Made by a program: the position numbers and the translations under genes. From an uncultured Cetobacterium sp. (GTDB taxonomy: Bacteria > Fusobacteriota > Fusobacteriia > Fusobacteriales > Fusobacteriaceae), in NCBI RefSeq assembly GCF_947038635.1, contig NZ_CAMQXC010000001.1, positions 1 to 63,909 on the forward strand: a stretch of 63,909 bases of DNA, written 5' to 3'. The notes under the pieces were generated by a model. The model was not told the DNA's origin. It was given only the letters and a program-made list of their open reading frames with translations, and ran no database searches. Of this stretch, positions 38,978 through 49,162 are shown piece by piece. Numbering within the stretch: the stretch's first letter is position 1; the number at the start of each line of letters is the position of its first letter.

Positions 38978-39970
38978 ATGATTTCAAAAAATAAAAGTAT
39001 AGCTATAATTTCGGTTGGAATTTTAATTTTTCTTTTTTGTTTTTCACTTTTCATAGGAAACTATGAGATAAGCTTTATTAAAGGTTTAAATTTACTTTTT
39101 AGAAATGGAAATATAGATTCATTAGAATATAAAATAATTTGGAATTTGAGAATACCAAGAGCAGTTATGGCAATAATAATTGGAATGTTATTGGGAAGCA
39201 GTGGAGCAATAACTCAAACACTTTTTAGAAACCCCATGGCGGATCCGTATATAATAGGGATATCAGCTAGTGGAACTTTTGGAGCTGTTATAGCATTTTT
39301 ATTAGGACTTTCAGAGATGTATTTTGGTATTTTTGGATCAATATTCTCGTTTATTACATCATTATTAATTTTTAAACTTTCTAATAGTAAAAGAGGAAGT
39401 TTAGATTTGTCTACTCTTTTAATAATAGGAATAGCCATCTCAGCTCTTTTAAGAGCGGTAATTTCTTTAGTTATGTATCTTGTTGGAGAGGATAGCTTTA
39501 GAGTTGTTCTATGGACTATGGGATATTTAGGAGGCGCAGATTGGAAAAAAATAATAATTCTTTTAGTTCCCCTTCTATTTTCGTTGATATATTTTTATAT
39601 TAATAGATATAATTTAGATATAATTTTACTTTCAGATGAAGAAGCTCATAGTTTAGGTATAGACATAAAAAAATTTAAATATAAGGTGTTGATGATTTCT
39701 ACATTTATGGTAGGATTTTCAGTAGCTTTTACAGGAATGATAGGCTTTGTAGGTCTAATAATACCACATTTAGTTAGGATTATATTTGGAAGTAGTAATA
39801 TAAGATTGATTCCATTATCAATGTTATATGGAGGATTATTTCTTTTACTATGTGATACTATTTCAAGAGGCGTATTAACAACTATGGAAATACCTATAGG
39901 TATTGTAACAGCTATATTTGGAGCTCCATTTTTTATATACTTAGCTTTTAAAAATCGAAGAGGTGTGTAA
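38978..39970 (+). CDS. FecCD-family ABC permease
   Basis: LRIPRA, RNPMADPYIIG, IGFVGLIIPH, GAPFF. Confidence 0.92.
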   Translation: MISKNKSIAIISVGILIFLFCFSLFIGNYEISFIKGLNLLFRNGNIDSLEYKIIWNLRIPRAVMAIIIGMLLGSSGAITQTLFRNPMADPYIIGISASGTFGAVIAFLLGLSEMYFGIFGSIFSFITSLLIFKLSNSKRGSLDLSTLLIIGIAISALLRAVISLVMYLVGEDSFRVVLWTMGYLGGADWKKIIILLVPLLFSLIYFYINRYNLDIILLSDEEAHSLGIDIKKFKYKVLMISTFMVGFSVAFTGMIGFVGLIIPHLVRIIFGSSNIRLIPLSMLYGGLFLLLCDTISRGVLTTMEIPIGIVTAIFGAPFFIYLAFKNRRGV

Positions 39971-40752
39971 TGAAAAGTTTAAAATTAAAAAATTTAAGAT
40001 ACTCATATGGAGATTACCAAATTTTAAACAATATAAGTTATAATTTTTTTCCAGGTGAACTTGTAGGTATCTTAGGTGCTAATGGTTGTGGAAAAAGTAC
40101 GTTATTAAAAGTTATAATGGGATTTTTAGAAAAAGAAGGGGGAGAAATTTATTTAGATAATTTAGAAGTTGAAAAATTCTCAAGAAAAGAGTTTGCAAAA
40201 AAAATATCTTTTATAGCACAAAAATCCAATCAAAATTTAAATTTTACAGTACTAGAGATATTAAAACTTGGAAGAGTACCTCATATAAAAAATAGTTTTA
40301 AAGGTTTAGATTTAGAAGATGAGGAAATAATAGATAAAGTTATAAAAAAATTAAATTTACAAGAATATTTGAATAGAGATATAAAAAGTTTAAGCGGAGG
40401 AGAGTTTCAAAGAATTTTACTGGGAAGAGCATTTATACAAAATAGTGAGGTTATTTTATTAGATGAACCAACATCAGCTTTAGATGTAAATTACTCCTTA
40501 GAATTTTTAGAACTTTTAAAAGAAGAGATTAAAACTAAAAGTTTAATTGGAGTAATTGTAATACATGATATAAACTTGGCTTCGTTGTTTTGTGATAAAA
40601 TTCTTTTTATAAAGGATGGTAAAATACCAATATCAGGGGAACCAAAAGATGTAATAAAAAAAGAGTGGTTAGAAAAAGTATATAATTTTACACCAGAAAT
40701 TTTAAATTTAGAAAATGATATATATGTATTACCAAAGCGAGGTAAAAAATGA
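39970..40752 (+). CDS. Iron-chelate/heme/cobalamin ABC ATPase
   Basis: GANGCGKST, LSGGEFQR, LLDEPTSALD. Confidence 0.92.
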   Translation: MKSLKLKNLRYSYGDYQILNNISYNFFPGELVGILGANGCGKSTLLKVIMGFLEKEGGEIYLDNLEVEKFSRKEFAKKISFIAQKSNQNLNFTVLEILKLGRVPHIKNSFKGLDLEDEEIIDKVIKKLNLQEYLNRDIKSLSGGEFQRILLGRAFIQNSEVILLDEPTSALDVNYSLEFLELLKEEIKTKSLIGVIVIHDINLASLFCDKILFIKDGKIPISGEPKDVIKKEWLEKVYNFTPEILNLENDIYVLPKRGKK

Positions 40753-41603
40753 AGAACTTAATTTTATTATTTTTGATATTGTCTTTAAAAACATTTTCAT
40801 TAGATATAGTTGATAATTATGTGGTTGGAGAAAAGGGTGAAAAAATTTTATTAAAAGAATATAAAAGAATAGTTATTTATAATTTTGGAGCAGTAGAGAT
40901 TTTATATAAACTAGGAGCAGATAATAATATTGTGGCTATTGCAAACCATAGTAAAAAAATATGGCCACAGGAAAAAACTGAAAAATTACCTTTAGCTGGA
41001 AGTATATCGAAACCTTCATTGGAAAAGATTTTATCATTTAATCCAGATTTAGTCATTTTTAATGTTATGGGAAATGAAAAAACGGGACTAGAAAAATTTA
41101 ATATACCCTCAATAACTTTTTCAAATAAAAATTTAAATGATGTTTTAAAAAATACGTTAATTTTAGGAAAATTAGTAAACAAGGAGAAAGAAAGTCAAGA
41201 GCTTGTAGATATCTTAAATAATAAATTAAAATATATAAAAGAAAATTTTAAGCTACAAGGAAAAGCTATAATTTTGTATTCAGATTCTCCACCTACATCT
41301 TTTGAAAAAAACTCTCTTCCTGTAGAAATTTTAGAAACTTTGGGGTTAAATGTCATAGTCCCAAAAGTAGGAAAAAAACCAATTATCTCTTCAGAATATA
41401 TTTTAAGAGAAAATCCAAAATATATTATAGGAACTAGGGGAGTAAAGAATATTGATGGAATAAAAAATAGCGTGCAATTAATTGAAGAAACAGATGCCTA
41501 TAAAAATAAAAATATATATGTTATCGATTCTAGCGAGATACTTAGAGCATCTCATAGAGTTTTTGATGAAATTGAAAAAATCTATGAAGAATTAAAAAAA
41601 TAA
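40749..41603 (+). CDS. Iron-chelate/heme/cobalamin ABC substrate-binding protein
   Basis: Signal peptide, KRIV...VEILY.LG, PSLEKILSFNPDLV. Confidence 0.85.
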   Translation: MKNLILLFLILSLKTFSLDIVDNYVVGEKGEKILLKEYKRIVIYNFGAVEILYKLGADNNIVAIANHSKKIWPQEKTEKLPLAGSISKPSLEKILSFNPDLVIFNVMGNEKTGLEKFNIPSITFSNKNLNDVLKNTLILGKLVNKEKESQELVDILNNKLKYIKENFKLQGKAIILYSDSPPTSFEKNSLPVEILETLGLNVIVPKVGKKPIISSEYILRENPKYIIGTRGVKNIDGIKNSVQLIEETDAYKNKNIYVIDSSEILRASHRVFDEIEKIYEELKK

Positions 41604-41703
41604 AAAAAAAAGTCAAAAAAACTTTTTTTGCCATATTTTAGCCATAAAACTTTGTTAATATATTTGTGTAAAAGACAAATAGAAAACTTAGGAGGTATAA
41701 AAA

Positions 41704-42084
41704 ATGAAAAAATTTTTATTAGTATCTATGATGGCTTTAGGATTAGGAACAGTAGCAATGGCAAAAGGAAACAATGGGCACAGAATGTCAGCTGATGGAA
41801 TGGGACATAATAATGGTGGAAAAATGATGATGGGTCAATGTCAAACAAATGAAGAGAAAGCTTTAATGAGAGAAAAGATGAGAACAAACCCAAAACTTCA
41901 AGAGGGAAGAATCAAACTTCAAGAAAATAAAGTAGCTATGATGAAAGAGATGGCTAAAGAGAATCCAAATTTTACAAATATTGAAAAAATAAATAAAGAT
42001 AGAGCTAACATCCAAGCTGAGATGAAAACAGAGCAAATGAAAATGAAATATGAGATGTTAAAGACAAATAAAACTACAAATTAA
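41704..42084 (+). CDS. Small exported Met-rich helical protein (Spy/CpxP/ZraP-like)
   Basis: Signal peptide, G/H/M-rich N-terminus, helical K/E/M-rich body. Confidence 0.55.
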   Translation: MKKFLLVSMMALGLGTVAMAKGNNGHRMSADGMGHNNGGKMMMGQCQTNEEKALMREKMRTNPKLQEGRIKLQENKVAMMKEMAKENPNFTNIEKINKDRANIQAEMKTEQMKMKYEMLKTNKTTN

Positions 42085-42089
42085 TTATT

Positions 42090-42120
42090 AGAGAGCAAGG
42101 TTAATACCTTGCTCTTTTTT
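42090..42120 (+). terminator. Intrinsic terminator
   Basis: AGAGCAAGGT / ACCTTGCTCT plus T-run. Confidence 0.8.
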
Positions 42121-42173
42121 ATTGAATAATATATACTTTAATTATAAATACTATGAAAAATTTGGAGGGTGAG

Positions 42174-42782
42174 ATGTTATATTATATAAAAGCTGGAGGA
42201 CCAATACTATATGTATTACTTATTTTATCAGTGGTTTCTTTAGGAGTAATTTTAGAAAGGTCTTTGTGTTTTATAAAAAATAAAACATCGGTAGACTCTA
42301 TGTTTAAAAAAGAGATAAAAGAACTTTTAATAGATGGAAAATATAATGAAGCTATAGAGTTTTCAAAGAAAGAAAAAGGGGTAATTGGAAAGACTTTAAC
42401 AAAGTTTTTAATTCGTTATTGCTTAATTGGAGATTATAAAAATAGTGATGAGCTTTTAAGAGAGATTGAATTAGAGGAGATGGATATTTTAGAAAGAAAT
42501 ACATATATTTTAGGAATTATTGCATATACAGCCCCTATGATTGGACTTCTTGGGACAGTTACAGGTATGATTCAGGCTTTTGGAAAAATTGCAGTTTCTG
42601 GAACAGGAGACCCTAATGCAATAGCCGGAGGAATATCTCAAGCTTTATTGACAACTGCAGGAGGCTTAATAATAGCTATACCATCAATAATAGCTTATAA
42701 TATATTCAATAAAAAAATAGAAAAAATGAGCTTAGAAGTGGAAAAGATAGCTACATTTATAGTAAATATAGTGAAGAGGTAA
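42174..42782 (+). CDS. exbB: ExbB/TolQ/MotA proton channel protein
   Basis: APMIGLLGTVTGMI, GISQALLTTAGGL; ATG at 42174 after GGAGG. Confidence 0.9.
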   Translation: MLYYIKAGGPILYVLLILSVVSLGVILERSLCFIKNKTSVDSMFKKEIKELLIDGKYNEAIEFSKKEKGVIGKTLTKFLIRYCLIGDYKNSDELLREIELEEMDILERNTYILGIIAYTAPMIGLLGTVTGMIQAFGKIAVSGTGDPNAIAGGISQALLTTAGGLIIAIPSIIAYNIFNKKIEKMSLEVEKIATFIVNIVKR

Positions 42783-42786
42783 AGAT

Positions 42787-43176
42787 ATGAAAAGAAGAAC
42801 AAAAAGAAGAAGTTTAGCAACTCCAGATTTAACACCTTTAATTGATGTTGTTTTCCTACTTTTAATCTTTTTCATGTTAGTTACAACTTTTGATAAGTAT
42901 AGTGGATTTAAATTAGAGCTTCCTAAGGGTGGCGTAGTTTCTGAAACATCTAAAGGTGTGTATGAATTAGTTATAGATAAAGATGAAAACTATTTTTTAC
43001 TAGTAGATAAAATCTCTAATCCTATTACCTTAGAAACTTTAAAAGAAAAGGTAACGAATATCAATGAAATAACAATAAGCGCAGATAAAAATTTGAAATA
43101 TGAAGTTATAGTAAAAGCTATTAGTGCTTTAAAAAGTAGTGGTGTTGATAAAGTGGAGCTGAATTTTTATGAATAA
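42787..43176 (+). CDS. exbD: ExbD/TolR protein
   Basis: LTPLIDVVFLLLIFFM; ISADK. Confidence 0.92.
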   Translation: MKRRTKRRSLATPDLTPLIDVVFLLLIFFMLVTTFDKYSGFKLELPKGGVVSETSKGVYELVIDKDENYFLLVDKISNPITLETLKEKVTNINEITISADKNLKYEVIVKAISALKSSGVDKVELNFYE

Positions 43177-43873
43177 ATTTTATATTCTATCAGCTATTTT
43201 ACATGGTCTGGTCATATTTTTTTTATTGGGATTTGCAAAAGATGAGGAATTAAAGTTTAAAGAGAAAAATACAATGGTTGTATCAGTAAAAAATAGAAGA
43301 GCAATTAGTAATAATACTAATGTTAATTCAGTAAAAGAAAATGAAAAAAAAGAAGATGCTAAAGAGGAAAAAATTAAACCTCAAGAGAAATCATTAGAAA
43401 AAGAGGTAGTAAGAGAAAAAATCAAAAAAATAGTGAAAAAAGAAAACATTAAGAAGAAAAACTTAGAAAATAAAAAGCAAGATGATAAAGAACAAAAAAA
43501 TAAGTCTGATAAGATAAAAGATAGTTATAATGAGTTCAAAGATCAAAATAGATTTTTACAGGGAGAGGATGGAGTATTTACAGCAGTATCATTAGATGGT
43601 ATAGAGTACGAGATATTAAAAGAAGTAGATCCTCAATATCCTGTAAAAGCACGAAAAATAGGTTATAATGGAATTGGTAGTGTTAAAGTTAAATTTCTTG
43701 TAGATACTGATGGAACAATTAAGGAGATAAAATTTGTATCTGGAGAAAGTAAGTTTGGTTTTAGAGAAGAAGTAGAAAAAGCTTTGAAAAAATGGAAATT
43801 TAAACCGATTATATATAAGGGGAAGGTAATTAAAGTTCATTTTGAAAAAGAGTTTAAATTTAAAAAAAATTAA
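43169..43873 (+). CDS. tonB: TonB energy transducer
   Basis: TM anchor with SxxxH, K/E-rich linker, PQYPVKAR...WKFKP TonB C-terminal domain. Confidence 0.88.
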   Translation: MNKFYILSAILHGLVIFFLLGFAKDEELKFKEKNTMVVSVKNRRAISNNTNVNSVKENEKKEDAKEEKIKPQEKSLEKEVVREKIKKIVKKENIKKKNLENKKQDDKEQKNKSDKIKDSYNEFKDQNRFLQGEDGVFTAVSLDGIEYEILKEVDPQYPVKARKIGYNGIGSVKVKFLVDTDGTIKEIKFVSGESKFGFREEVEKALKKWKFKPIIYKGKVIKVHFEKEFKFKKN

Positions 43874-43943
43874 TAATTAGGTAGAGTATAGATATAAAAT
43901 TAGGGCTCTACCTATTTTATATTTATAGAAAGGGGGAATAAGA

Positions 43944-45149
43944 GTGGATTTTAAATTGGGATTGGATCAAAGTTTAAAATTAAATCTTTCTATGGAGATG
44001 AAAATATCTATAGAGATTTTAAAAATGAGTTTAAAAGAACTAAAAGAGTATTTAGAGAAAGAAAGCGTAAAGAACTCAAATATAGAGATTATCTTTCCAA
44101 AATCTAATTTTTCAAAAAATGAAGATTATGAAAATTATATTGAAAATATAGGAGAGGAAGATGAAAGTTTAATAAGTTATTTAGAAGAACAAATAACTTA
44201 CTTAGAAATAAAAAAAGAGATTAGAGATATTTTAGAGTATCTAATTAATAATTTAGATGAAAAAGGTTATTTGGTTTCTACTCCAGAAGAGTTAAGAAAA
44301 AATGGTGGCTTTAAATTAAATGCATTTAAAGAAGCTATAAATATATTGCATACTCTAGAACCGATAGGAGTAGGGGCAATTGATCTTATAGAGTGTTTAA
44401 AAATTCAACTTGAAAATAAGGGCATTTTAACAGACACCTTATTAGATATTTTAGAAAAAAACTTAAGGGATATTGGAAATGGAGATTTAAAAAAGATTTC
44501 TTTAGAGAGAAATATTTCACTAGTTAAAGTAAATGAGTATATAAATACGATAAAAAAGTTAAATCCAAAACCAGCAAGAGGCTTTTATGTAAATAGCAAA
44601 ACAAATTATATTGTTCCTGATTTAATTGTAGAAGTAGATAATGGAGAAATAGTTGTAAATTTAAATGATATGGGAATTCCAAAAATAAGATTAAAAAGTG
44701 AAAATAAAAAAGATCAAACGTTAGTTTTAGCTTTAGAAAGAGGTTTAGTAAAAAGACAGGAAACACTTTTAGAAGTTGGAAAATATATTTTAAATTATCA
44801 AAAAAATTATGTTCTTTTTTCTGAAAATTTAAAAACACTAAAAATCAAAGATATTGCTTACAGTTTAAATCTTCATGAATCAACAATTTCAAGAGCAGTA
44901 AAAGATAAATTTATAAAAATAAATGGAAAAATAGAGAGTTTAAAAAAATATATTATTTTAGATGACAAAACAGAATTAATAAAAAGAAATATTTTAAAAA
45001 TCATTAATAATGAAGATAAAAAAAATCCTCTTTCAGATGAAAAAATTTTGTTAAAATTAGCTGAAGAAAATCTTTTTGTTCAGAGAAGGACTATAGGAAA
45101 ATATAGAGAAGAACTTGGAATTTTATCTAGTAGAAAAAGAAAAAAATAG
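43944..45149 (+). CDS. rpoN: RNA polymerase sigma-54 factor
   Basis: NLDEKGYL, LNPKP, LHESTISRA HTH, PLSD, RRTIGKYREELGI RpoN box. Confidence 0.93.
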   Translation: MDFKLGLDQSLKLNLSMEMKISIEILKMSLKELKEYLEKESVKNSNIEIIFPKSNFSKNEDYENYIENIGEEDESLISYLEEQITYLEIKKEIRDILEYLINNLDEKGYLVSTPEELRKNGGFKLNAFKEAINILHTLEPIGVGAIDLIECLKIQLENKGILTDTLLDILEKNLRDIGNGDLKKISLERNISLVKVNEYINTIKKLNPKPARGFYVNSKTNYIVPDLIVEVDNGEIVVNLNDMGIPKIRLKSENKKDQTLVLALERGLVKRQETLLEVGKYILNYQKNYVLFSENLKTLKIKDIAYSLNLHESTISRAVKDKFIKINGKIESLKKYIILDDKTELIKRNILKIINNEDKKNPLSDEKILLKLAEENLFVQRRTIGKYREELGILSSRKRKK

Positions 45150-45239
45150 GTAATAAAAAAGTATTTATGCTATAATAGGCACTAAAGATTATTTTTGTAT
45201 TAAATATATGAATTTTATAATTGAAGAGGTGTACCTTAA

Positions 45240-46577
45240 ATGAAAAACCTAAGTGATTTACAGAAAAAAGATTTAGAACATATCTTTCACCCATGCTCAC
45301 AGATGAAAGATTATGAACAACTTCCTCCTATGGTAATAGTAAAAGGAGATGGCTTATACGTAGAAGATGAGTTTGGAAATAGATATATGGATTGTGTTTC
45401 AAGTTGGTGGGTAAATCTATTTGGACATTGTAATCCGAGAATAAACGCAGCTATAAAAGAGCAAATAGATAAATTAGAGCATATAATTTTTGCAAATTTT
45501 TCTCATGAAGCAGCAATTGAATTGGGAGAAAGATTGACAGCTGTTGCACCAAAAGGACTTAATAAACTTATATTTACAGATAATGGCTCTTCAAGTACAG
45601 AAGTAGCTATAAAGTTGAGTTTTCAATATCATGTTCAAACAGGAAATCCACAGAAAAAAACATTTGTTTCAATAGATGGTGCTTATCATGGAGAAACAAT
45701 TGGTGCTTTAGGTGTTGGGAATATGGATAGATTTACAGATGTTTATAAGCCTCTTTTAAAAGAAGGGGTAAAGGTAAAGGGGCCAGATTGTTTTAATTGT
45801 TCTTTCAATAAAAAAAGAGAAAGCTGCGATGCAGAATGTTTTACTTATATGGAAGAGTATTTAAAAGAAAATGGAGATACAATTTCTGGAGTAATAATTG
45901 AATCAATGGTTCAAGGTGTTGCAGGAATGAGAATATATTCGCCAATATATTTAAAAAAACTAAGAGGATTAACAGAAAAGTTAAATATTCACTTAATTGT
46001 AGATGAAATAGCGATGGGATTTGGAAGAACAGGAAAGATGTTTGCTATAGAACATGCAGGAGTTAGTCCTGATATTATGTGTGTTGGAAAAGGTTTAACA
46101 GCAGGATATTTTCCGATGTCTATAGTTTTAATAACAGATAAATTATATGATGCATTTTATGCAGATTACTCAGAAGGAAAATCATTTTTACACTCTCATA
46201 GCTACTCAGGAAATCCTATAGGATGTAGAATAGCTGTGGAAACCTTAAAAATTTTCGAAGAGGAAAATATTTTAGATGTTATAAAAGAGAAAGGTGATTA
46301 TTTAAGAAAAGCTGCTACAGAAAAATTAAAGAACACCCCTTATTTAGGAGAATATAGACAAATAGGATTAATTGGAGCTATTGAATTAGTTGGAATTCCT
46401 GGCGAACGAGCAGGATATGAAATATATAAAATAGCTTTAAAAAAAGGAGCTATTTTAAGACCATTAGGAAACATTGTTTATTTTATGCCACCCTATATAA
46501 TTAAAAGGGAAGAGATAGATAAAATGTTAGATATCTTCAATGAATCACTTAGGGAGTATCTAGAGACAATTGAATAA
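45240..46577 (+). CDS. bioA: Adenosylmethionine-8-amino-7-oxononanoate aminotransferase
   Basis: HPCSQM, SSWWVNLFGH, YHGETIG, DEIAMGFGRTG, FLHSHSYSGNP. Confidence 0.93.
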   Translation: MKNLSDLQKKDLEHIFHPCSQMKDYEQLPPMVIVKGDGLYVEDEFGNRYMDCVSSWWVNLFGHCNPRINAAIKEQIDKLEHIIFANFSHEAAIELGERLTAVAPKGLNKLIFTDNGSSSTEVAIKLSFQYHVQTGNPQKKTFVSIDGAYHGETIGALGVGNMDRFTDVYKPLLKEGVKVKGPDCFNCSFNKKRESCDAECFTYMEEYLKENGDTISGVIIESMVQGVAGMRIYSPIYLKKLRGLTEKLNIHLIVDEIAMGFGRTGKMFAIEHAGVSPDIMCVGKGLTAGYFPMSIVLITDKLYDAFYADYSEGKSFLHSHSYSGNPIGCRIAVETLKIFEEENILDVIKEKGDYLRKAATEKLKNTPYLGEYRQIGLIGAIELVGIPGERAGYEIYKIALKKGAILRPLGNIVYFMPPYIIKREEIDKMLDIFNESLREYLETIE

Positions 46578-46586
46578 AAGGGGAAT

Positions 46587-47243
46587 ATGATGGTTATAAA
46601 AAAGAAAAAATCGATACGTGAACAAGTATATGATTATCTAAAAGATGAAATTGTAAACGGAAAGATAAAAGAAGGAAGTAGAATAGTAGAAGAGGAATTT
46701 GCAGAAAAGCTTAATATAAGTAGAACACCTTTGAGGGAAGCAATAAGAATGCTTGAATTAGAAGGACTTATAGAAGCAAGAGAAAAAGGTGGGGTAACAG
46801 TACCAAAAACCACTAAAAAAGATGTAGAAGAGGTTGTGAAAATTAGAATAGCTTTAGAAACAGTCATATTTGAAGAGTTATTTGAAAGAGTTACAAAAAA
46901 AGATATTGAAAGATTAGAAGAAAATGTGGCTAAAGCAGCAGCGATAGTTGATGATGAAGAGAAATCTTTAGAAGTTTTTAAATATTTTTCTGAGTTTAAT
47001 AAGATACTTTATAGTATATCAGATTTACCTAGAGTAGTAACTTTAATTAATAATTTAAATCTATATCTAAAAAAGTTTAGAAAGATATCAGCTGAAAATA
47101 ATAATAGAAGACTGAGTGCTCATAGAGATCATACTAAGATAGTTGAACTAATAAAAGCTGGTAAAAAAGAGGAAGCGATAGCTGTAAATAGAAAGCATCT
47201 ATTAGAAGCTAAAGAGTTCTTAATAAAACAGGTTGAAAGTTAA
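46587..47243 (+). CDS. GntR/FCD-family regulator (CitO-like position)
   Basis: ISRTPLREAI HTH plus FCD domain; directly upstream of the oad-cit operon. Confidence 0.9.
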   Translation: MMVIKKKKSIREQVYDYLKDEIVNGKIKEGSRIVEEEFAEKLNISRTPLREAIRMLELEGLIEAREKGGVTVPKTTKKDVEEVVKIRIALETVIFEELFERVTKKDIERLEENVAKAAAIVDDEEKSLEVFKYFSEFNKILYSISDLPRVVTLINNLNLYLKKFRKISAENNNRRLSAHRDHTKIVELIKAGKKEEAIAVNRKHLLEAKEFLIKQVES

Positions 47244-47334
47244 AATCAGAAGAAATTCTGATTTTTTTTTGGAAAAGTAGTTCACACTGTACTAAAATTA
47301 TATTTTTTACTATATTAAACATACAAAAAATAAT

Positions 47335-47388
47335 TTGACAAATATAAAAAATGTTGTATACTTTAGTGTAGATAATAAATTGTATACA
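47335..47388 (+). promoter_or_regulatory. oad-cit promoter with candidate GntR operator
   Basis: TTGACA-16 bp-TATACT; TGTATAC overlapping the -10 and palindrome TGTATACA at 47381-88. Confidence 0.6.
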
Positions 47389-47421
47389 GAATACGGGACA
47401 CCGGATACCAAGGAGGATATT

Positions 47422-48807
47422 TTGAAAAATAAAGTTAAAATAACAGAAACTTGTCTAAGAGATGGACATCAATCTCTAATAGCCACAAGATTGACGACTG
47501 CAGAGATCCTTCCAATTGTAGAAAAAATGGATGAAGTTGGGTATCATGCATTAGAAGTTTGGGGTGGAGCCACTTTTGATGCTTGTATTAGATTTCTAAA
47601 TGAGGATCCTTGGGAGAGATTAAGAGAAATAAAGAAAAGAGCAAAAAATACAAAATTGCAGATGCTATTAAGAGGGCAAAACCTTTTAGGATATAGACAC
47701 TATGCTGATGATATAGTAGAGGAGTTTGTAAAAAAATCAATAGAGAATGGTATTGATATAATTAGAATATTTGATGCACTAAATGATACAAGAAACTTAA
47801 AAGTTGCAGCAGAAGCAACTAAAAAATATGGTGGACATTGTCAACTTTCAATTGCTTACACAATAAGTCCTGTTCACACAACAGAGTACTATAAAGAGTT
47901 AGCAAAAGAGATGGAAGGTATGGGTGCAGACTCAATTGTTATAAAAGATATGGCTGGAATATTATTGCCAGAAACAGGGTATAACTTAATAAAAGAGATT
48001 AAGTCAGTAATTAATGTACCATTAGAGTTACATACTCATGCTACAAGTGGAATAGCAAGCATGTTATATCTAAGAGCTGTAGATGCAGGAATTGATATTA
48101 TAGATACATCTATTTCAACTTTTGCAGGAGGAACAGCACAACCAGCAACGGAATCTATGGTTAGAACTTTTGAAGGTGGAGAAAGAGATCCAGAACTTAA
48201 TTTAACACTTTTAAAAGAGATTGCAGAATACTTTAAACCAATAAGAAAAAAATATATGGATGAGAAAGTTTTAAATATGCAAGCTTACTTCGTTGAGCCA
48301 AGTATTTTAGAGTATCAACTACCAGGAGGAATGTTATCAAATCTAGTTTCTCAATTAACAGCTCAAAAAGCAGCAGATAAGTATGAGGATGTATTAAAAG
48401 AGATTCCAAGAGTTAGAGAGGACTTAGGATATCCTCCACTAGTAACACCATTAAGTCAAATGGTAGGAACTCAGGCAGTATTTAATGTACTAACTGGAGA
48501 AAGATATAAGATGGTTCCAAAAGAGATAAAAGACTATGTAAAAGGTTTATATGGAAAATCTCCCGCACCAATGTCTGAAGAGATAAAGAAGAAAATTATT
48601 GGAGATGAGCCAGTATTCACAGGAAGACCAGCAGATCTTTTAAAACCTGAATATGCTGAAATAGCAAAAGAGATAGGAGACTTAGCAAAATGTCCAGAGG
48701 ATGTTTTAATGTATGCTATGTTCCCACAAATTGCTAAGCCATATTTAGAAAATAGAAATAAACCTAAAGTAGAAAAAGAGTACAGAAATATAAATATAAT
48801 TTTTTAG
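47422..48807 (+). CDS. oadA: Oxaloacetate decarboxylase alpha subunit (carboxyltransferase, no biotinyl domain)
   Basis: LRDGHQSL, WGGATFD, IKDMAG, LHTH, QLPGGM, LVTPLSQ; TTG start at 47422 after AGGAGG. Confidence 0.92.
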   Translation: MKNKVKITETCLRDGHQSLIATRLTTAEILPIVEKMDEVGYHALEVWGGATFDACIRFLNEDPWERLREIKKRAKNTKLQMLLRGQNLLGYRHYADDIVEEFVKKSIENGIDIIRIFDALNDTRNLKVAAEATKKYGGHCQLSIAYTISPVHTTEYYKELAKEMEGMGADSIVIKDMAGILLPETGYNLIKEIKSVINVPLELHTHATSGIASMLYLRAVDAGIDIIDTSISTFAGGTAQPATESMVRTFEGGERDPELNLTLLKEIAEYFKPIRKKYMDEKVLNMQAYFVEPSILEYQLPGGMLSNLVSQLTAQKAADKYEDVLKEIPRVREDLGYPPLVTPLSQMVGTQAVFNVLTGERYKMVPKEIKDYVKGLYGKSPAPMSEEIKKKIIGDEPVFTGRPADLLKPEYAEIAKEIGDLAKCPEDVLMYAMFPQIAKPYLENRNKPKVEKEYRNINIIF

Positions 48808-48831
48808 TTGAAAGGAGAATGATTTATAAGA

Positions 48832-49143
48832 ATGTTTAAAGGAGCAATATCACTTATAACGTCTCTTGAAATAACTTTAATAAGTATGCTAGTTGTATTT
48901 ACAATATTAGCTATATTAGCTTTTGTTCTTTCTCTGTTTAAATATATTCCAGCAGAAAAAGTTCAAGAGATAAAAAAAGCTACACCAGCAGCAGCACCAA
49001 AGAAAGTTGAAAGAGAAAAGTTTGATCCATCTAAAATAACAAGTGAAGAGATGAGAGTAGCAATGATGGTAGCATGTATAGAGGCAGCTGGAGAAGATAA
49101 GGATGCCAACGTAAGAGTTATAGGAATAAAAGAATTAAACTAA
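48832..49143 (+). CDS. oadG: Na+-decarboxylase gamma/delta subunit
   Basis: TM helix MLVVFTILAIL, Ala/Pro linker, context. Confidence 0.85.
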   Translation: MFKGAISLITSLEITLISMLVVFTILAILAFVLSLFKYIPAEKVQEIKKATPAAAPKKVEREKFDPSKITSEEMRVAMMVACIEAAGEDKDANVRVIGIKELN

Positions 49144-49162
49144 TATAGGAGTGTAACTAAAG

